A stretch of 64,000 bases of DNA from a virus, in IMG/VR virus record IMGVR_UViG_3300025870_000008, positions 1 to 64,000 of that record, one strand, 5' to 3'. A model generated the notes under the pieces. The model was not told where the DNA came from. It made no database searches and saw nothing but the letters and a program-made list of their open reading frames with translations. This document shows, one piece after another, positions 36,906 through 47,160 of this stretch; within the stretch, counting starts at the first letter, position 1; each line of letters starts with the position of its first letter. A program made the translations under genes and the position numbers.

Positions 36906-38471
36906 ATGAATTTTAAATACAAAACATCATTTTCCGATCATTTAAAAATAAATAATTTTTTTTCGTCAAACTCTTCTTTTACAAGTCAAGCTTCTATTGA
37001 TAATCTACAATCTTTGATTCCTGAAGAGATAGATTTTGAAAAAAATATAGATTTAATTGGAACTGCATTTAACGCTGCAGTTATAAATTCTTTTAATAAA
37101 AATGGAGATGGTATCAATACTTCCACAGCAAAACAAATAAAAGATTTTTTTATTCATAAGCCTACTAATATAGAACACAATAAAAGAAAAGTAGTTGGAC
37201 ATATTATTTCTAGTGGGTATTCAGAATATAACTCCGACAAGATACTGGAAGATGTTCCAGATGATTTTTCTGAAAAATTTAACATTGCATTAGGAGCATT
37301 GGTTTATTCAAATTCTTTTCCTGAGTTCGCCGATCTTTTACTTAAATCTAATGATCAAGCTAATACATTATATCACAGTATTTCTGCGAGTTGGGAGCTT
37401 GGTTTTAATGAATATCATATTGCTGTTGGCAGTCAAGATTTAAAAGATGCAGAAATTGTAACCGATTCAAAACAGATTGAAGAGCTAAGTGAATACCTAT
37501 CGTCTTTTGATGGCGATGGAACTTTAGAAGATGGAACCCCTGTATTTAGGTTAGTAGTTGGTGAGGTTTATCCTCTTGGAATTGGGTTTACTTCTAATCC
37601 CGCTGCAGATGTAAAAGGTTTAATTATTAAAAAAAATAACTCTGAAAATACAGAGGAGATAGAAGCTGAAAATGAAACTTATAAAAAAAAAGAAATAAAA
37701 AAAATTTCCCAAAACGAAAAAATTGATGTAAATAACAATATTAACCAAATTTCAAATATGCAAAATCAAGAACTCATTGAACAATTTAAGTCTCTCTTAG
37801 AGGAAAAAATGCCAGAGCATAATTTCTCTCAAGAGGCAGTTGCTAATATCGGACGCGTGATTGGAGATGCTATCAAATCCAAAAGCGAACAGTACGAAAA
37901 AGAACTTTCCGATATCAACTCCCAAAAAGAGGAGCTTGCTGCTGTTGAGGCAAAAATGAAAGAAGACATCGAGTCTTTAAAAAGTCAGCTGACAGCTTCC
38001 GAAGAAAAAGTGCAAGAGTTAGCCCAACAAATCGAAGCGAAACAAAAAGAAGAAGCTTTTAATTCAAGAATGGAACTTATTGAATCAATATACGAATTAT
38101 CTGCGGATGACAAAACAATGTTAGCTAAAGAAGTTCAAGGTCTTTCTACTGAAGGTTCTGGTTTTGACGAATATCAAGACAAATTAAAGGTCATGTGGGC
38201 TCATAAGAATAAAGAGCATATCACTGAACAAGAAAAACTTTTCAATGAAAAAGTTGAAGCTGAAATCGCAAAACGCGCTCAAGAAAAAACAAGCTCTAAG
38301 GAAGAGGTTGTTGAGAACACTTCGGTAGTTGAAGAAGCTCTTGCTAATACCGAAGAAGAGCAAAGCGAAGTTTCAACAAACAACAATTTAGAATCTGCAG
38401 TTGAAGAACTATCCTTTAGGGAAAAGTTTGCAAACGCATTTGCTAAAGAAACTGTAACAATTAAATTTTAA
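36906..38471 (+). CDS. prohead protease / scaffold fusion
   Basis: NKNGD, NIEH, SASWE, NPAA motifs then a long acidic coiled coil; upstream of capsid genes. Confidence 0.72.
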   Translation: MNFKYKTSFSDHLKINNFFSSNSSFTSQASIDNLQSLIPEEIDFEKNIDLIGTAFNAAVINSFNKNGDGINTSTAKQIKDFFIHKPTNIEHNKRKVVGHIISSGYSEYNSDKILEDVPDDFSEKFNIALGALVYSNSFPEFADLLLKSNDQANTLYHSISASWELGFNEYHIAVGSQDLKDAEIVTDSKQIEELSEYLSSFDGDGTLEDGTPVFRLVVGEVYPLGIGFTSNPAADVKGLIIKKNNSENTEEIEAENETYKKKEIKKISQNEKIDVNNNINQISNMQNQELIEQFKSLLEEKMPEHNFSQEAVANIGRVIGDAIKSKSEQYEKELSDINSQKEELAAVEAKMKEDIESLKSQLTASEEKVQELAQQIEAKQKEEAFNSRMELIESIYELSADDKTMLAKEVQGLSTEGSGFDEYQDKLKVMWAHKNKEHITEQEKLFNEKVEAEIAKRAQEKTSSKEEVVENTSVVEEALANTEEEQSEVSTNNNLESAVEELSFREKFANAFAKETVTIKF

Positions 38472-38483
38472 CAAAAACGAAAA

Positions 38484-39158
38484 ATGCATAAACTATTACC
38501 ATTTAGACAATATGATGAAAAAGATGTTATTAATCTTTTCTCCCTTGAGATTACTAGTGCCGAGAAAGCACTTAAGTATATAAACCTAGTTCCTGGCGGG
38601 GAAACCTATTCAACTGGAGCTAACTGGTCTGGTACTGCTGTATCAGTTAGATCAACCGACATTGGAAAATTCGGAGGTGACCAACCAGGTAGAGTAAACG
38701 ATCCTTATTTAGGAGCCATTGGTTCAGGAAACCAAGGCGATTATGCATTACAGCAAGGAAGTTTTTACCCAGAAACCCAAGGTAAAATAGCTCTAGCAGC
38801 TGACAACGCAGCAGCTCTAGGTATCACTATCAGGCCAACTCTCGCATGGGACGAAAATGCAACCAAGTTGTTGGATTACCCAGTAAAGAAAGACGAGCTT
38901 CAATGTGTGCTTCCTGGAGAAGCAGTGCCTGTAGCCACTAAAGGATTCTTTACACTTACAGTGGGAACAGCAGCAACTGATTCTGTTGGTATTTGGCATG
39001 GTTCAGGAATTGCAGCTGGAGGAATTGTTCCAGGCTCTAAATTAAAAGTCTCAAGCAATGGAAAGCTTACTTTGGATGATAGCAAGGTTGTTGTAGCAAC
39101 AGTTGTTGCCACAGGAAAAAATGCTGGCAAAGATGTTGCCTTAGTACAAATTGGATAA
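38484..39158 (+). CDS. capsid decoration/cement protein (putative)
   Basis: Gly/Ala-rich, between scaffold and major capsid genes. Confidence 0.55.
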   Translation: MHKLLPFRQYDEKDVINLFSLEITSAEKALKYINLVPGGETYSTGANWSGTAVSVRSTDIGKFGGDQPGRVNDPYLGAIGSGNQGDYALQQGSFYPETQGKIALAADNAAALGITIRPTLAWDENATKLLDYPVKKDELQCVLPGEAVPVATKGFFTLTVGTAATDSVGIWHGSGIAAGGIVPGSKLKVSSNGKLTLDDSKVVVATVVATGKNAGKDVALVQIG

Positions 39159-39175
39159 GAAAGGAATTTAAAATT

Positions 39176-40375
39176 ATGAACATTACCTTAAAACGAACAC
39201 AAGAACAAGTCGAGCTCATTAAGGCTATGGCTTCGAAGAATCGCAATGTTGCGCATGAAGCCCAAGCTGCCGCCGCAGAGTTTATTGCTCCAGTACTCGC
39301 TGAAGTAATAAATAATGCTCCCACGCTGAGCAATATGTTCACAAGCTTTACTTTTAATGAAGATGATAACCCTTCTATTCCATTAGATCTTTATCATGAT
39401 ATCACTGATGAAGACTACTTGAATGTATATGTGCAAAATGTAGCAGGAGGTCTTCCTTCCAACACTGTGATTCCAACGCATAGTGAACTTAAGTTTACTA
39501 CTTACCGACTGGAAACAGCTCTGGATTTTGATCGTCGATATGCTGCTCGCTCACGACTTGATGTTGTGAGTAAAACATTCTCCAGGTTAGCTCAAGAGCT
39601 CATGCTTAAACAAGAGACAACTTCTGCTAATCTTTTACTCGGAGTACTTGCAGCTGCACAGACTAATGGTAAGGACCATGTTATTAAATCTGGTGTTGAG
39701 AATCGATTTCTTATTGATGATGTTAATCGCTTGATTACACATGCTAAGCGTATTAATACAGCTTGGAACAGAGGAACTCCTGTTACCGCTAACCGTGGTG
39801 TGACCGACCTCTTGATCTCTCCTGAAATCATGGGTGAAATTCGCGCAATGGCTTACAACCCAATCAATACTCGTGGTATCGCTGGAAACAATCTTACTGG
39901 TACGATTGACGGAACTAGTGCAGCGGCAGGTGATGCAACTAAAGGCGATCCTGTTACTGTAAGTAACGATTCTGCTGGAGGTGTTATCCCCGCAACCGAG
40001 CAAATGCGTAATGCATTGTATCAAAACGCAGGAGCCTCCGAGCTTTATGGAATCAATTTCACTGAGATTCATGAACTTGGTAAGGGTCAGAGATTCAATG
40101 ATGTATTCGAATCTTACGATAGCTCAAGTAAGTTTGGACACAACGGAAAGTTTAGTAACCATGAGACTACTGGAGACGAGATCATTATTGGTATCGACAG
40201 GTCCAGAGAGTCTCTAATGAGAGCTGTATCGACAGACTCAGAGACAGGAGCAGAATTAAGATTGGCGGCTGATGATCAATATACAGTTCGTCAACAAAAG
40301 ATTGGTTATTATGGCTCGATTGAAGAAGGAAGAATGGTTCTTGATTCGCGTGCTATCACTGGTATTGTGGTGTAA
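39176..40375 (+). CDS. major capsid protein
   Basis: 399 aa, position, TDLLISPE motif, QQKIGYYG C-terminus, followed by terminator. Confidence 0.8.
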   Translation: MNITLKRTQEQVELIKAMASKNRNVAHEAQAAAAEFIAPVLAEVINNAPTLSNMFTSFTFNEDDNPSIPLDLYHDITDEDYLNVYVQNVAGGLPSNTVIPTHSELKFTTYRLETALDFDRRYAARSRLDVVSKTFSRLAQELMLKQETTSANLLLGVLAAAQTNGKDHVIKSGVENRFLIDDVNRLITHAKRINTAWNRGTPVTANRGVTDLLISPEIMGEIRAMAYNPINTRGIAGNNLTGTIDGTSAAAGDATKGDPVTVSNDSAGGVIPATEQMRNALYQNAGASELYGINFTEIHELGKGQRFNDVFESYDSSSKFGHNGKFSNHETTGDEIIIGIDRSRESLMRAVSTDSETGAELRLAADDQYTVRQQKIGYYGSIEEGRMVLDSRAITGIVV

Positions 40376-40405
40376 TAATTTTACAAAACAAACCGTAACC
40401 AAATT

Positions 40406-40435
40406 AAAAAATCCACCTACTCGGTGGATTTTTTT
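40406..40435 (+). terminator. rho-independent terminator
   Basis: AAAAATCCACC-TACTC-GGTGGATTTTTTT. Confidence 0.9.
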
Positions 40436-40477
40436 GTTCCCAGAATTAATATAAAAGTGTAACCATACAATATATCT

Positions 40478-40861
40478 ATGAGCCCAAAAACAAAAAAGAA
40501 AACAACAAAAAAAATTGAAAATTTCGCAGATGGTAAAATTCAAGAAAGAAATCATATCGAAAAAGTAAGAGACCTAGAAGATCTTATGAGGGGATCTTTA
40601 CATAGTCCATTTAAAATCAAAACCCAGGAAGAATTTGAAAGAACAATGGCTTCCATGAATCTTATAGACATGCAAGGCATGGCGGTGGCCGCAGGCATCT
40701 TCCCCTCTGGAAACAAAACTACATTAAGAAAAAAATTAAAAAAAGAATTTGAAAGATACCAAAAGGGTGGTAAGGGTCGAGTGTTTTCGACTACCCAACC
40801 AATTGTTGATTACGATAGTTTAAGCGAAGATCAAAAAAAACTTTTTAATATAAACGGTTAA
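40478..40861 (+). CDS. hypothetical structural-region protein
   Basis: 127-aa ORF with GTGTA motif upstream. Confidence 0.7.
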   Translation: MSPKTKKKTTKKIENFADGKIQERNHIEKVRDLEDLMRGSLHSPFKIKTQEEFERTMASMNLIDMQGMAVAAGIFPSGNKTTLRKKLKKEFERYQKGGKGRVFSTTQPIVDYDSLSEDQKKLFNING

Positions 40862-40887
40862 ATCTGACTATACCATGCGGATAAGAT

Positions 40888-42774
40888 ATGTCAGGGTGCA
40901 ATAATAGTCAAATACCCGTAATTGCAAAAAAAATATTTGATTCTGAATTTTACGATCAATTTGACGAAACAGATAGCAATTACGAAAAATCCGTAGCCAA
41001 TTTTCTGTTAAGAATTGAAGCTTGGTTAGAAACGAATATTGGACAGCTTAATATACTTATTCATTCTGGATATAGAGTAACTCATAGCGAGCATATTTGC
41101 CCACAGATAAACCCAGAAGAGATAGCTATTTTCATACAGCTATACTTAAAGGAGTACTATAAGAGACAAGCCCACAATTCTTTAAAGAATGTGAGCTCAA
41201 GTTCTACGAAAACTACATCTGGAGAATCTACTGTCTTTATGACGGATTGGGTGGAATTACGCGAAGGAGATTCTTCAATAAAAAGACAATCTTTAATATC
41301 TACGCCGCAGCAAAAAATACAAGCTGCTCAAGCATTTAAAGGTATTTCTCAAGATGCTAACATAAAGCTTCAGGAGATGGTTCAGTATTATAATTTGCAT
41401 AAAGCTTTACCCAGGCAAGTTGTTGCTAGGTATACAGGAGATTCTGATTGTAGTCAAAAACCAAACGGTTGTGATGAGCAAATAAACTCGTGCCCCCCAG
41501 AGGTAACCCCGACGATAACTTATACAATCATATCAACGCCTACAACAACTAAAACCGCTACAGTTACCGAAACGGCTACAATCACACCAACTGATACAGT
41601 CACAAAAACGGCTACGATCACTAAAACTGCTACAATTACCCCAACAACTACAGCTACCGAAACGGCTACAGTTACCGAAACAGCTACGGCTACCGAAACA
41701 GCTACGGCTACCGAAACAGCTACGGCTACCGAAACAGCTACGGCTACCGAAACAGCTACGGCTACCGAAACAGCTACAGCTACTGAAACCATTACAGCAA
41801 CGGAGACAACTACGACTACCGAAACCATTACAGCAACGGAGACAACTACGACTACCGAAACCATTACAGCAACGGAGACAACTACGACTACCGAAACAGC
41901 TACAGCGACCGAAACGGCTACGATCACACCAACTGCTACAGTCACGCCGACACTTACAATAACTAAAACAACAACCCATACTTCAACTTTTGATGAATGC
42001 TGTGGTGAGGTAAACAATTTAATAGACATCGTTAACACTAGTGATATAGTAGAAAGCGATAGAAGAACTGGAGAAGAAATATTAATTCAAGATATATCAA
42101 ATCTAATGCGAGATTCCTCTGTTTGTATTGGTAGAGTATCAGAATCAGTAGACCTTAAAACGGTAAATATTAAAGTAGGAAATGTAGATCCAACAAAAGA
42201 ATTTTCCTTGGCTACAGTAAAATTCGAAGGAGATCTTAATAATCAAACAATTTTTATTAAAAAGAGGTATGGAGATGTAAACTCTGGCGTAGACCCAGTA
42301 GATCAATTTTTTAGTACAGAGTCCACCCCTACAGAAACCAATAATCCATGTGGCTATGGATATTGTGTAGAGTATACCCCTTGTCAAGAAGGAGATGTTG
42401 ACCCGTCAAAATGTATTGACAGATTAGTTTGTAGTAGAGCTCTAGACATTGCAAATGTGCATATTGCTTTCAGACCTGGGCAAATCCCTCCTGAAGTTTT
42501 CGTAGATGTGGGAAGATGTTATCGCAAAGTAGGAGAGTCTCAAGCTAAAGATTGTAGTTTCTTTATTGATGACAATACAGACTGCGGAGGAACTGGAGAT
42601 AAATTTTTAAATGAAACAGAATTTAATAAAAATTTTGTTAAAAAACTAAATGATACCGTAGCTATCGCAGATGATTGCAATCAATGTTGTGCGTGCTCTC
42701 AGGATACGACATGTTTTAGTTGCGATATACAGTGGTCTGGAAACTCTGGAGATTGTGACGTCTCGAACTCTTGA
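40888..42774 (+). CDS. putative head-tail adaptor fused to Thr-rich stalk and Cys-rich domain
   Basis: position after capsid; ~160-aa Thr/Ala/Glu tract; Cys-rich C-terminus. Confidence 0.6.
   Translation: MSGCNNSQIPVIAKKIFDSEFYDQFDETDSNYEKSVANFLLRIEAWLETNIGQLNILIHSGYRVTHSEHICPQINPEEIAIFIQLYLKEYYKRQAHNSLKNVSSSSTKTTSGESTVFMTDWVELREGDSSIKRQSLISTPQQKIQAAQAFKGISQDANIKLQEMVQYYNLHKALPRQVVARYTGDSDCSQKPNGCDEQINSCPPEVTPTITYTIISTPTTTKTATVTETATITPTDTVTKTATITKTATITPTTTATETATVTETATATETATATETATATETATATETATATETATATETITATETTTTTETITATETTTTTETITATETTTTTETATATETATITPTATVTPTLTITKTTTHTSTFDECCGEVNNLIDIVNTSDIVESDRRTGEEILIQDISNLMRDSSVCIGRVSESVDLKTVNIKVGNVDPTKEFSLATVKFEGDLNNQTIFIKKRYGDVNSGVDPVDQFFSTESTPTETNNPCGYGYCVEYTPCQEGDVDPSKCIDRLVCSRALDIANVHIAFRPGQIPPEVFVDVGRCYRKVGESQAKDCSFFIDDNTDCGGTGDKFLNETEFNKNFVKKLNDTVAIADDCNQCCACSQDTTCFSCDIQWSGNSGDCDVSNS
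41500..41990 (+). repeat. coding tandem repeats (18-bp TETATA and 36-bp TETITATETTTT units)
   Basis: ACCGAAACAGCTACGGCT x5; GAAACCATTACAGCAACGGAGACAACTACGACTACC x3. Confidence 0.95.
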
Positions 42775-42780
42775 TAGAAA

Positions 42781-43227
42781 ATGTCAGATTTAATACCCAG
42801 CAATGATAAAATTAAATATGATAAAATATTTGATGATATCCATGATACTTTTGCTAGAGAGATAACCATTTTCAAAAAAGAGAAAAAAATTTTTATAGCA
42901 ACTGACTCTACATATAACGCCTTATACTCAAGGATAAAAAATCAGGCGGGGTCAGATAAAGTAGTAGAAGTAATCAAGATGAAAGCTAGAGTAGCATATG
43001 CAGGAAATTTCGAATTCTTGAGGCAAAATACAGAAAATGAAATATTAGGAATAGATATACCTTCAGATCATATAAGGATAAAATTAAACGAAGAGGGATA
43101 TAATATTATTAGGCAAGCTAGTGATATAGAAGTTGATGGAGAATTATTTAATGTTAATTCCGATGCTGCTAAATCTGGAATGTTTAGTGTGAAATACTAT
43201 AATTTATTACTAAAAAGAAGAGGGTAA
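42781..43227 (+). CDS. putative head closure protein
   Basis: size and synteny. Confidence 0.5.
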   Translation: MSDLIPSNDKIKYDKIFDDIHDTFAREITIFKKEKKIFIATDSTYNALYSRIKNQAGSDKVVEVIKMKARVAYAGNFEFLRQNTENEILGIDIPSDHIRIKLNEEGYNIIRQASDIEVDGELFNVNSDAAKSGMFSVKYYNLLLKRRG

Positions 43228-43228
43228 A

Positions 43229-43825
43229 ATGAATGTAAAAATTAACAATAACGCTTTGAATAAGATTACTAATCAACAAGTCGGACCTATAGTTGGAAAA
43301 AAAATTGAGAAATCTTTAATTCAAAATGTTCAAAAAGCCCAAAGAGAAATGATACAGGAGCTTGAAAGCCATCCTGTGACCAAAGAAATAGAATCAGGGC
43401 CAAATGGAACAAACCAAAGTGGAACATTGGGTGGTTATGGTAATTTGTTTTCTTTTATAGGTTTTGAACGTGGAATGAGCCCAATCAACCCAATTAGAAA
43501 AATAATTAAAAAAACCCTAGCGATTAGATCTGTACCAGCAAGCCAGAAATCTTTAACGCTAAAGTTTGAAGTTGAGGTCCCAGATAAAGAGGAGTTGTTT
43601 CAAAATTCTCCCATGCCATGGCAAGAAGGTCGAAGCTGGGCAGAAGGAATTGAAAGAGGTATTTCTGGTTTAGGTAATTATATAAACAAATCAAGCTCTA
43701 GCAGTAGATCTTCACAAGGCGTGCAAGTTAAAAATCGAATAAGAGGTGGGCAATTTAGAAATACAAAGTATTTATCATCAATAATAAACAACTTTAAGAA
43801 AAATGTTTTAAATTTTATAAAATGA
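43229..43825 (+). CDS. putative neck/tail completion protein
   Basis: basic protein, synteny. Confidence 0.5.
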   Translation: MNVKINNNALNKITNQQVGPIVGKKIEKSLIQNVQKAQREMIQELESHPVTKEIESGPNGTNQSGTLGGYGNLFSFIGFERGMSPINPIRKIIKKTLAIRSVPASQKSLTLKFEVEVPDKEELFQNSPMPWQEGRSWAEGIERGISGLGNYINKSSSSSRSSQGVQVKNRIRGGQFRNTKYLSSIINNFKKNVLNFIK

Positions 43826-44703
43826 AAACTTCTTTTGATCATGAATTATTGTCTAGTTTTTATCTTTGGTGTGAAGATAGATTGGTTTATTTTGCAGAAG
43901 CTTATGAACCTGCCGTAAATCATACATTTGAATATATAGACTCACTAGATGTCCCTGCTGATTACAATGGTTATTACAGTCCTTATAGACAATTTGTTTC
44001 TTCTTCCGATAAGTTTAATGTCAATGATTTTATTAATGTGGAAGGAACGAATATCAACGATAAAGATGGGATATATATTGACTATAACAGCGGTAGGGTT
44101 CTGGTAGACACCAACGATGTAAGGTTCGGAACTAGTACTGCATTGAATATTACAGGTGAATTTGCATATAAAACAGTAAATTTATATATAACAGACGAAA
44201 CTGAAGAAAGCGTGATTTTAAATAGCGATTTTATTATCAGCCCTACAAATCAAACATATCTACAAACGAACGGAGGTTTTTCTGAAAAGATTTATACCGT
44301 ACCAGCTATGTTTATAACATTAGAGAATTCAGAAAATGTACCTTTTGCTATGGGAGGCATGGATTGTACGAAATTTTACATGAGGGCGGTTGTTGTGGCT
44401 GATTCAAATTATACGTTAGATGGTGTACTCTCTATATTTAGAGACTCTGCGAGAACTAGTTTTCCTTTAATTGATTATGAAGATTTTCCTTATGGAGAGT
44501 TTTCTCATATAAAACTTCACCCCTATAAATATATGGATTTGGCAAGCGCTAGCTCAAAGTCTATATTTATAGATGATTCGAAGTCTTCAAAGTTAACAGA
44601 TAGATCTAGGGAGAAAATCACCTCGTCAAAAGACTATAAAATCGGGTTTTTAGACTTTACATTATCAATACCAAGAATTCCAAGGGCTATTTTCAGTAGG
44701 TAA
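43822..44703 (+). CDS. putative tail terminator protein
   Basis: immediately upstream of tail tube gene. Confidence 0.5.
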   Translation: MKTSFDHELLSSFYLWCEDRLVYFAEAYEPAVNHTFEYIDSLDVPADYNGYYSPYRQFVSSSDKFNVNDFINVEGTNINDKDGIYIDYNSGRVLVDTNDVRFGTSTALNITGEFAYKTVNLYITDETEESVILNSDFIISPTNQTYLQTNGGFSEKIYTVPAMFITLENSENVPFAMGGMDCTKFYMRAVVVADSNYTLDGVLSIFRDSARTSFPLIDYEDFPYGEFSHIKLHPYKYMDLASASSKSIFIDDSKSSKLTDRSREKITSSKDYKIGFLDFTLSIPRIPRAIFSR

Positions 44704-44765
44704 AAATAATTTCACATTCATTGGTTTTTACTGTATATAGGTTTATAACTTAAATTTTATAAATT

Positions 44766-46043
44766 ATGGCAACAGACAGAGTATTATATCAAAGTGAATC
44801 GTTATACGTCAGTAAACTAGAAGGAACAGGCCCTGTTAGCGGGAATGGCAAACTTATTGACTCAGACGACATAGAAGAAATTAACAGAGTGCAAGATATG
44901 AGTTACAATTTAGAAGTAACTCGTACCGATGTAAATGAATTTGGACAGCTAGCTGCATTATCTAGAGAAGTTACAGAGCCGCCCACGGTTTCTTTAGATT
45001 TTTCTTACTATTTAACAGATGGCACTCAAGAGGGGCAGTTAGGTTTTAACCGTAACGAGGCTGGGCAATTTACTCTGTCCAACGCCACACCAATGACTAA
45101 AGACTTATTGACTGGGGACGATAACAAGGACGAATTAAATTACTACATTGTTACCGTGCCAGAAGGAGAAGATGTACATGGACAAAAATCAGCGTTACCT
45201 GGTGGGGGAGAAACAGTAGCAAAATCAACTAATGGGGTAATTGCAGTTGGCAATGGTTTTATGACGAGTTATGGAATTTCAGCCGCTGTTGGAGAATTAG
45301 CTACAGCAAGTGTCTCTGTAGAGGCATCTAACATTGTTTTCAAGAATGACCTCAGTGGCAAGTTTACAAACCCCTCCATTGACGTAGAGTCAGCTACAGG
45401 AGGTAGGCTAGACAATCAAGTTGATTTTGCAAGTGTGGGTTCTTCAGATGGAGATATTAAGGTTGACGGAAACGAAGTTTTTGCTATCAGGCCTGGAGAT
45501 ATTTCTATAGATTTTGACGCTAAAGGATATTTAGACTCCACCGAAGCAGGAAAACTACAGACTGGAGGAGCCATACTTCCAGGTGTGAATGACACAAGCT
45601 TAAAAACCTCTATTCACGTACAAAATATTTCCTTGGATATACCAGTGTCTCGAAGCCCATTAAATAGACTTGGTAGTTTGTATCCATTTTCGAGAAAGGT
45701 TGATTTTCCTTTGAATATGACCTTGAGTGTTTCCGCATTGATGACCGAGTTTTCAGACGGAAGTTTGGATGAATTGTTATGTGGTGAAGAAAAAGGTAGA
45801 GATATTGCAATCGTACTCAACACAAGATGTGGAGCAGCTAACGCAATGGTATTCATTATGAGAAATGCTATTCTTGACACCCAGGCTTTTTCAGCATCTA
45901 TTGGGGACAATAAAACTGTAGATCTTACTTTCTCCTCTCAAGTTGGAGGAGCTAACGATAGTGACAACGGAATTTTCTTAATTACAGAAGCTAAGAATAA
46001 AGTTGGCTCTAACGACGGAGCTCCTACAACTCCAACCCCTTAA
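44766..46043 (+). CDS. major tail tube protein
   Basis: RVQ..SY..EV.RTDVNEFG, PPTVSLDFSY; followed by terminator, chaperones and TMP. Confidence 0.72.
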   Translation: MATDRVLYQSESLYVSKLEGTGPVSGNGKLIDSDDIEEINRVQDMSYNLEVTRTDVNEFGQLAALSREVTEPPTVSLDFSYYLTDGTQEGQLGFNRNEAGQFTLSNATPMTKDLLTGDDNKDELNYYIVTVPEGEDVHGQKSALPGGGETVAKSTNGVIAVGNGFMTSYGISAAVGELATASVSVEASNIVFKNDLSGKFTNPSIDVESATGGRLDNQVDFASVGSSDGDIKVDGNEVFAIRPGDISIDFDAKGYLDSTEAGKLQTGGAILPGVNDTSLKTSIHVQNISLDIPVSRSPLNRLGSLYPFSRKVDFPLNMTLSVSALMTEFSDGSLDELLCGEEKGRDIAIVLNTRCGAANAMVFIMRNAILDTQAFSASIGDNKTVDLTFSSQVGGANDSDNGIFLITEAKNKVGSNDGAPTTPTP

Positions 46044-46063
46044 TATAAAAATTATATTAAAAC

Positions 46064-46096
46064 AAAAACCTCAGGTTTCACACCTGGGGTTTTTTT
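46064..46096 (+). terminator. rho-independent terminator
   Basis: AAAAACCTCAGG...CCTGGGGTTTTTTT. Confidence 0.85.
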
Positions 46097-46131
46097 GTGT
46101 AAATACACGAAAAGGTAAAAGGTAAATACAC

Positions 46132-46416
46132 ATGAATAAAGATAAAGAACTCTTAGAGTTTCAAGTGGTCAGATCAATAACGATGGTTTATAAGAATTGT
46201 TTAAATCTTATAGAGGGTTTACAACAAGAACATGACATACAATTCGGCAAACTTAAAAAGTCTATGCCAGAAAAAAAAGAACTATTAAGTCAAGCAGAAT
46301 ACTTAGATCGCGCTCAATTTAACTTCTTGAGAAAAAAGATATTAGATTCTGGTAACGATGTAAAAAGAGAGTTAATTTCCTATATGGAAAATTTTGATAT
46401 AAAAACGAAAGAATAA
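46132..46416 (+). CDS. hypothetical protein
   Basis: 94-aa ORF with GTGTA and AGGTAAAAGG upstream. Confidence 0.7.
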   Translation: MNKDKELLEFQVVRSITMVYKNCLNLIEGLQQEHDIQFGKLKKSMPEKKELLSQAEYLDRAQFNFLRKKILDSGNDVKRELISYMENFDIKTKE

Positions 46417-46431
46417 CTTTATAATAAAGTT

Positions 46432-47154
46432 ATGGCTAAAATTTGTTTTAAAAGTAAATCAATTTTTTTTCATGTTCCTAAAAATGCGGGAACATCACTG
46501 ACTGTATTTTTCGGTCGGTGTGGGTGGAATACATTTCGGTATTCTCCGATAGATGGACCTTCTGACACAATAAGTCCTGATTATAAATACTCGAAAGGTT
46601 GCTGTATTAGAGTTCGGGAAAACATGAAACAAATTGCAGCTCATAATGATTTAGAGAGAGAGCAGGGTAAAACTATCCCATACTTTGTAAAAAATATGAA
46701 TTCATCAGAACTTCAAATGGTAAAAAAAATCGACCATAATACTTGGGGTGATTTTTATAAATTTGCTTTTGTAAGAAACCCTTGGGATAGATTAATTTCG
46801 GCTTGGAAAAATAGAGTAACAAGCATACCCACTTTTGAAAAGTTTCTTGACTGTTTACCATTTGATAAAAGATTAACAGATATTTATTGGCATACTATGC
46901 CCCAGTATGATCATTTGTACGACGAACAAGGAAAACGATTGGTGCAAGATATATTTAAGTATGAAGAACTTGATGTGTATATGGACCACATTAAGTTAAA
47001 ATTAGCATTGCCAGATTTTTCTATTGATAAAAAATGGAATTCAAGCGGAGCAAGAAAGCGTTACTCAGAATATTATACTAAAACTGAACAAATTGAAAAA
47101 GTAGCAAAAATTTACGAAAAGGATATAAATCAATTTAATTATAAATACAGGTAA
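46432..47154 (+). CDS. carbohydrate sulfotransferase (Sulfotransfer_2-like)
   Basis: HVPKNAGTS 5-prime PSB loop; FVRNPWDRLISAW 3-prime PB motif; H..PQ; YEKD..F.Y. Confidence 0.88.
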   Translation: MAKICFKSKSIFFHVPKNAGTSLTVFFGRCGWNTFRYSPIDGPSDTISPDYKYSKGCCIRVRENMKQIAAHNDLEREQGKTIPYFVKNMNSSELQMVKKIDHNTWGDFYKFAFVRNPWDRLISAWKNRVTSIPTFEKFLDCLPFDKRLTDIYWHTMPQYDHLYDEQGKRLVQDIFKYEELDVYMDHIKLKLALPDFSIDKKWNSSGARKRYSEYYTKTEQIEKVAKIYEKDINQFNYKYR

Positions 47155-47160
47155 AAGGTT

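Noticed and set aside
41520-42038. Minus-strand Val/Ala-rich and Cys-rich ORFs
   Set aside because: These are antisense shadows of the Thr-rich repeat in the 40888 gene.
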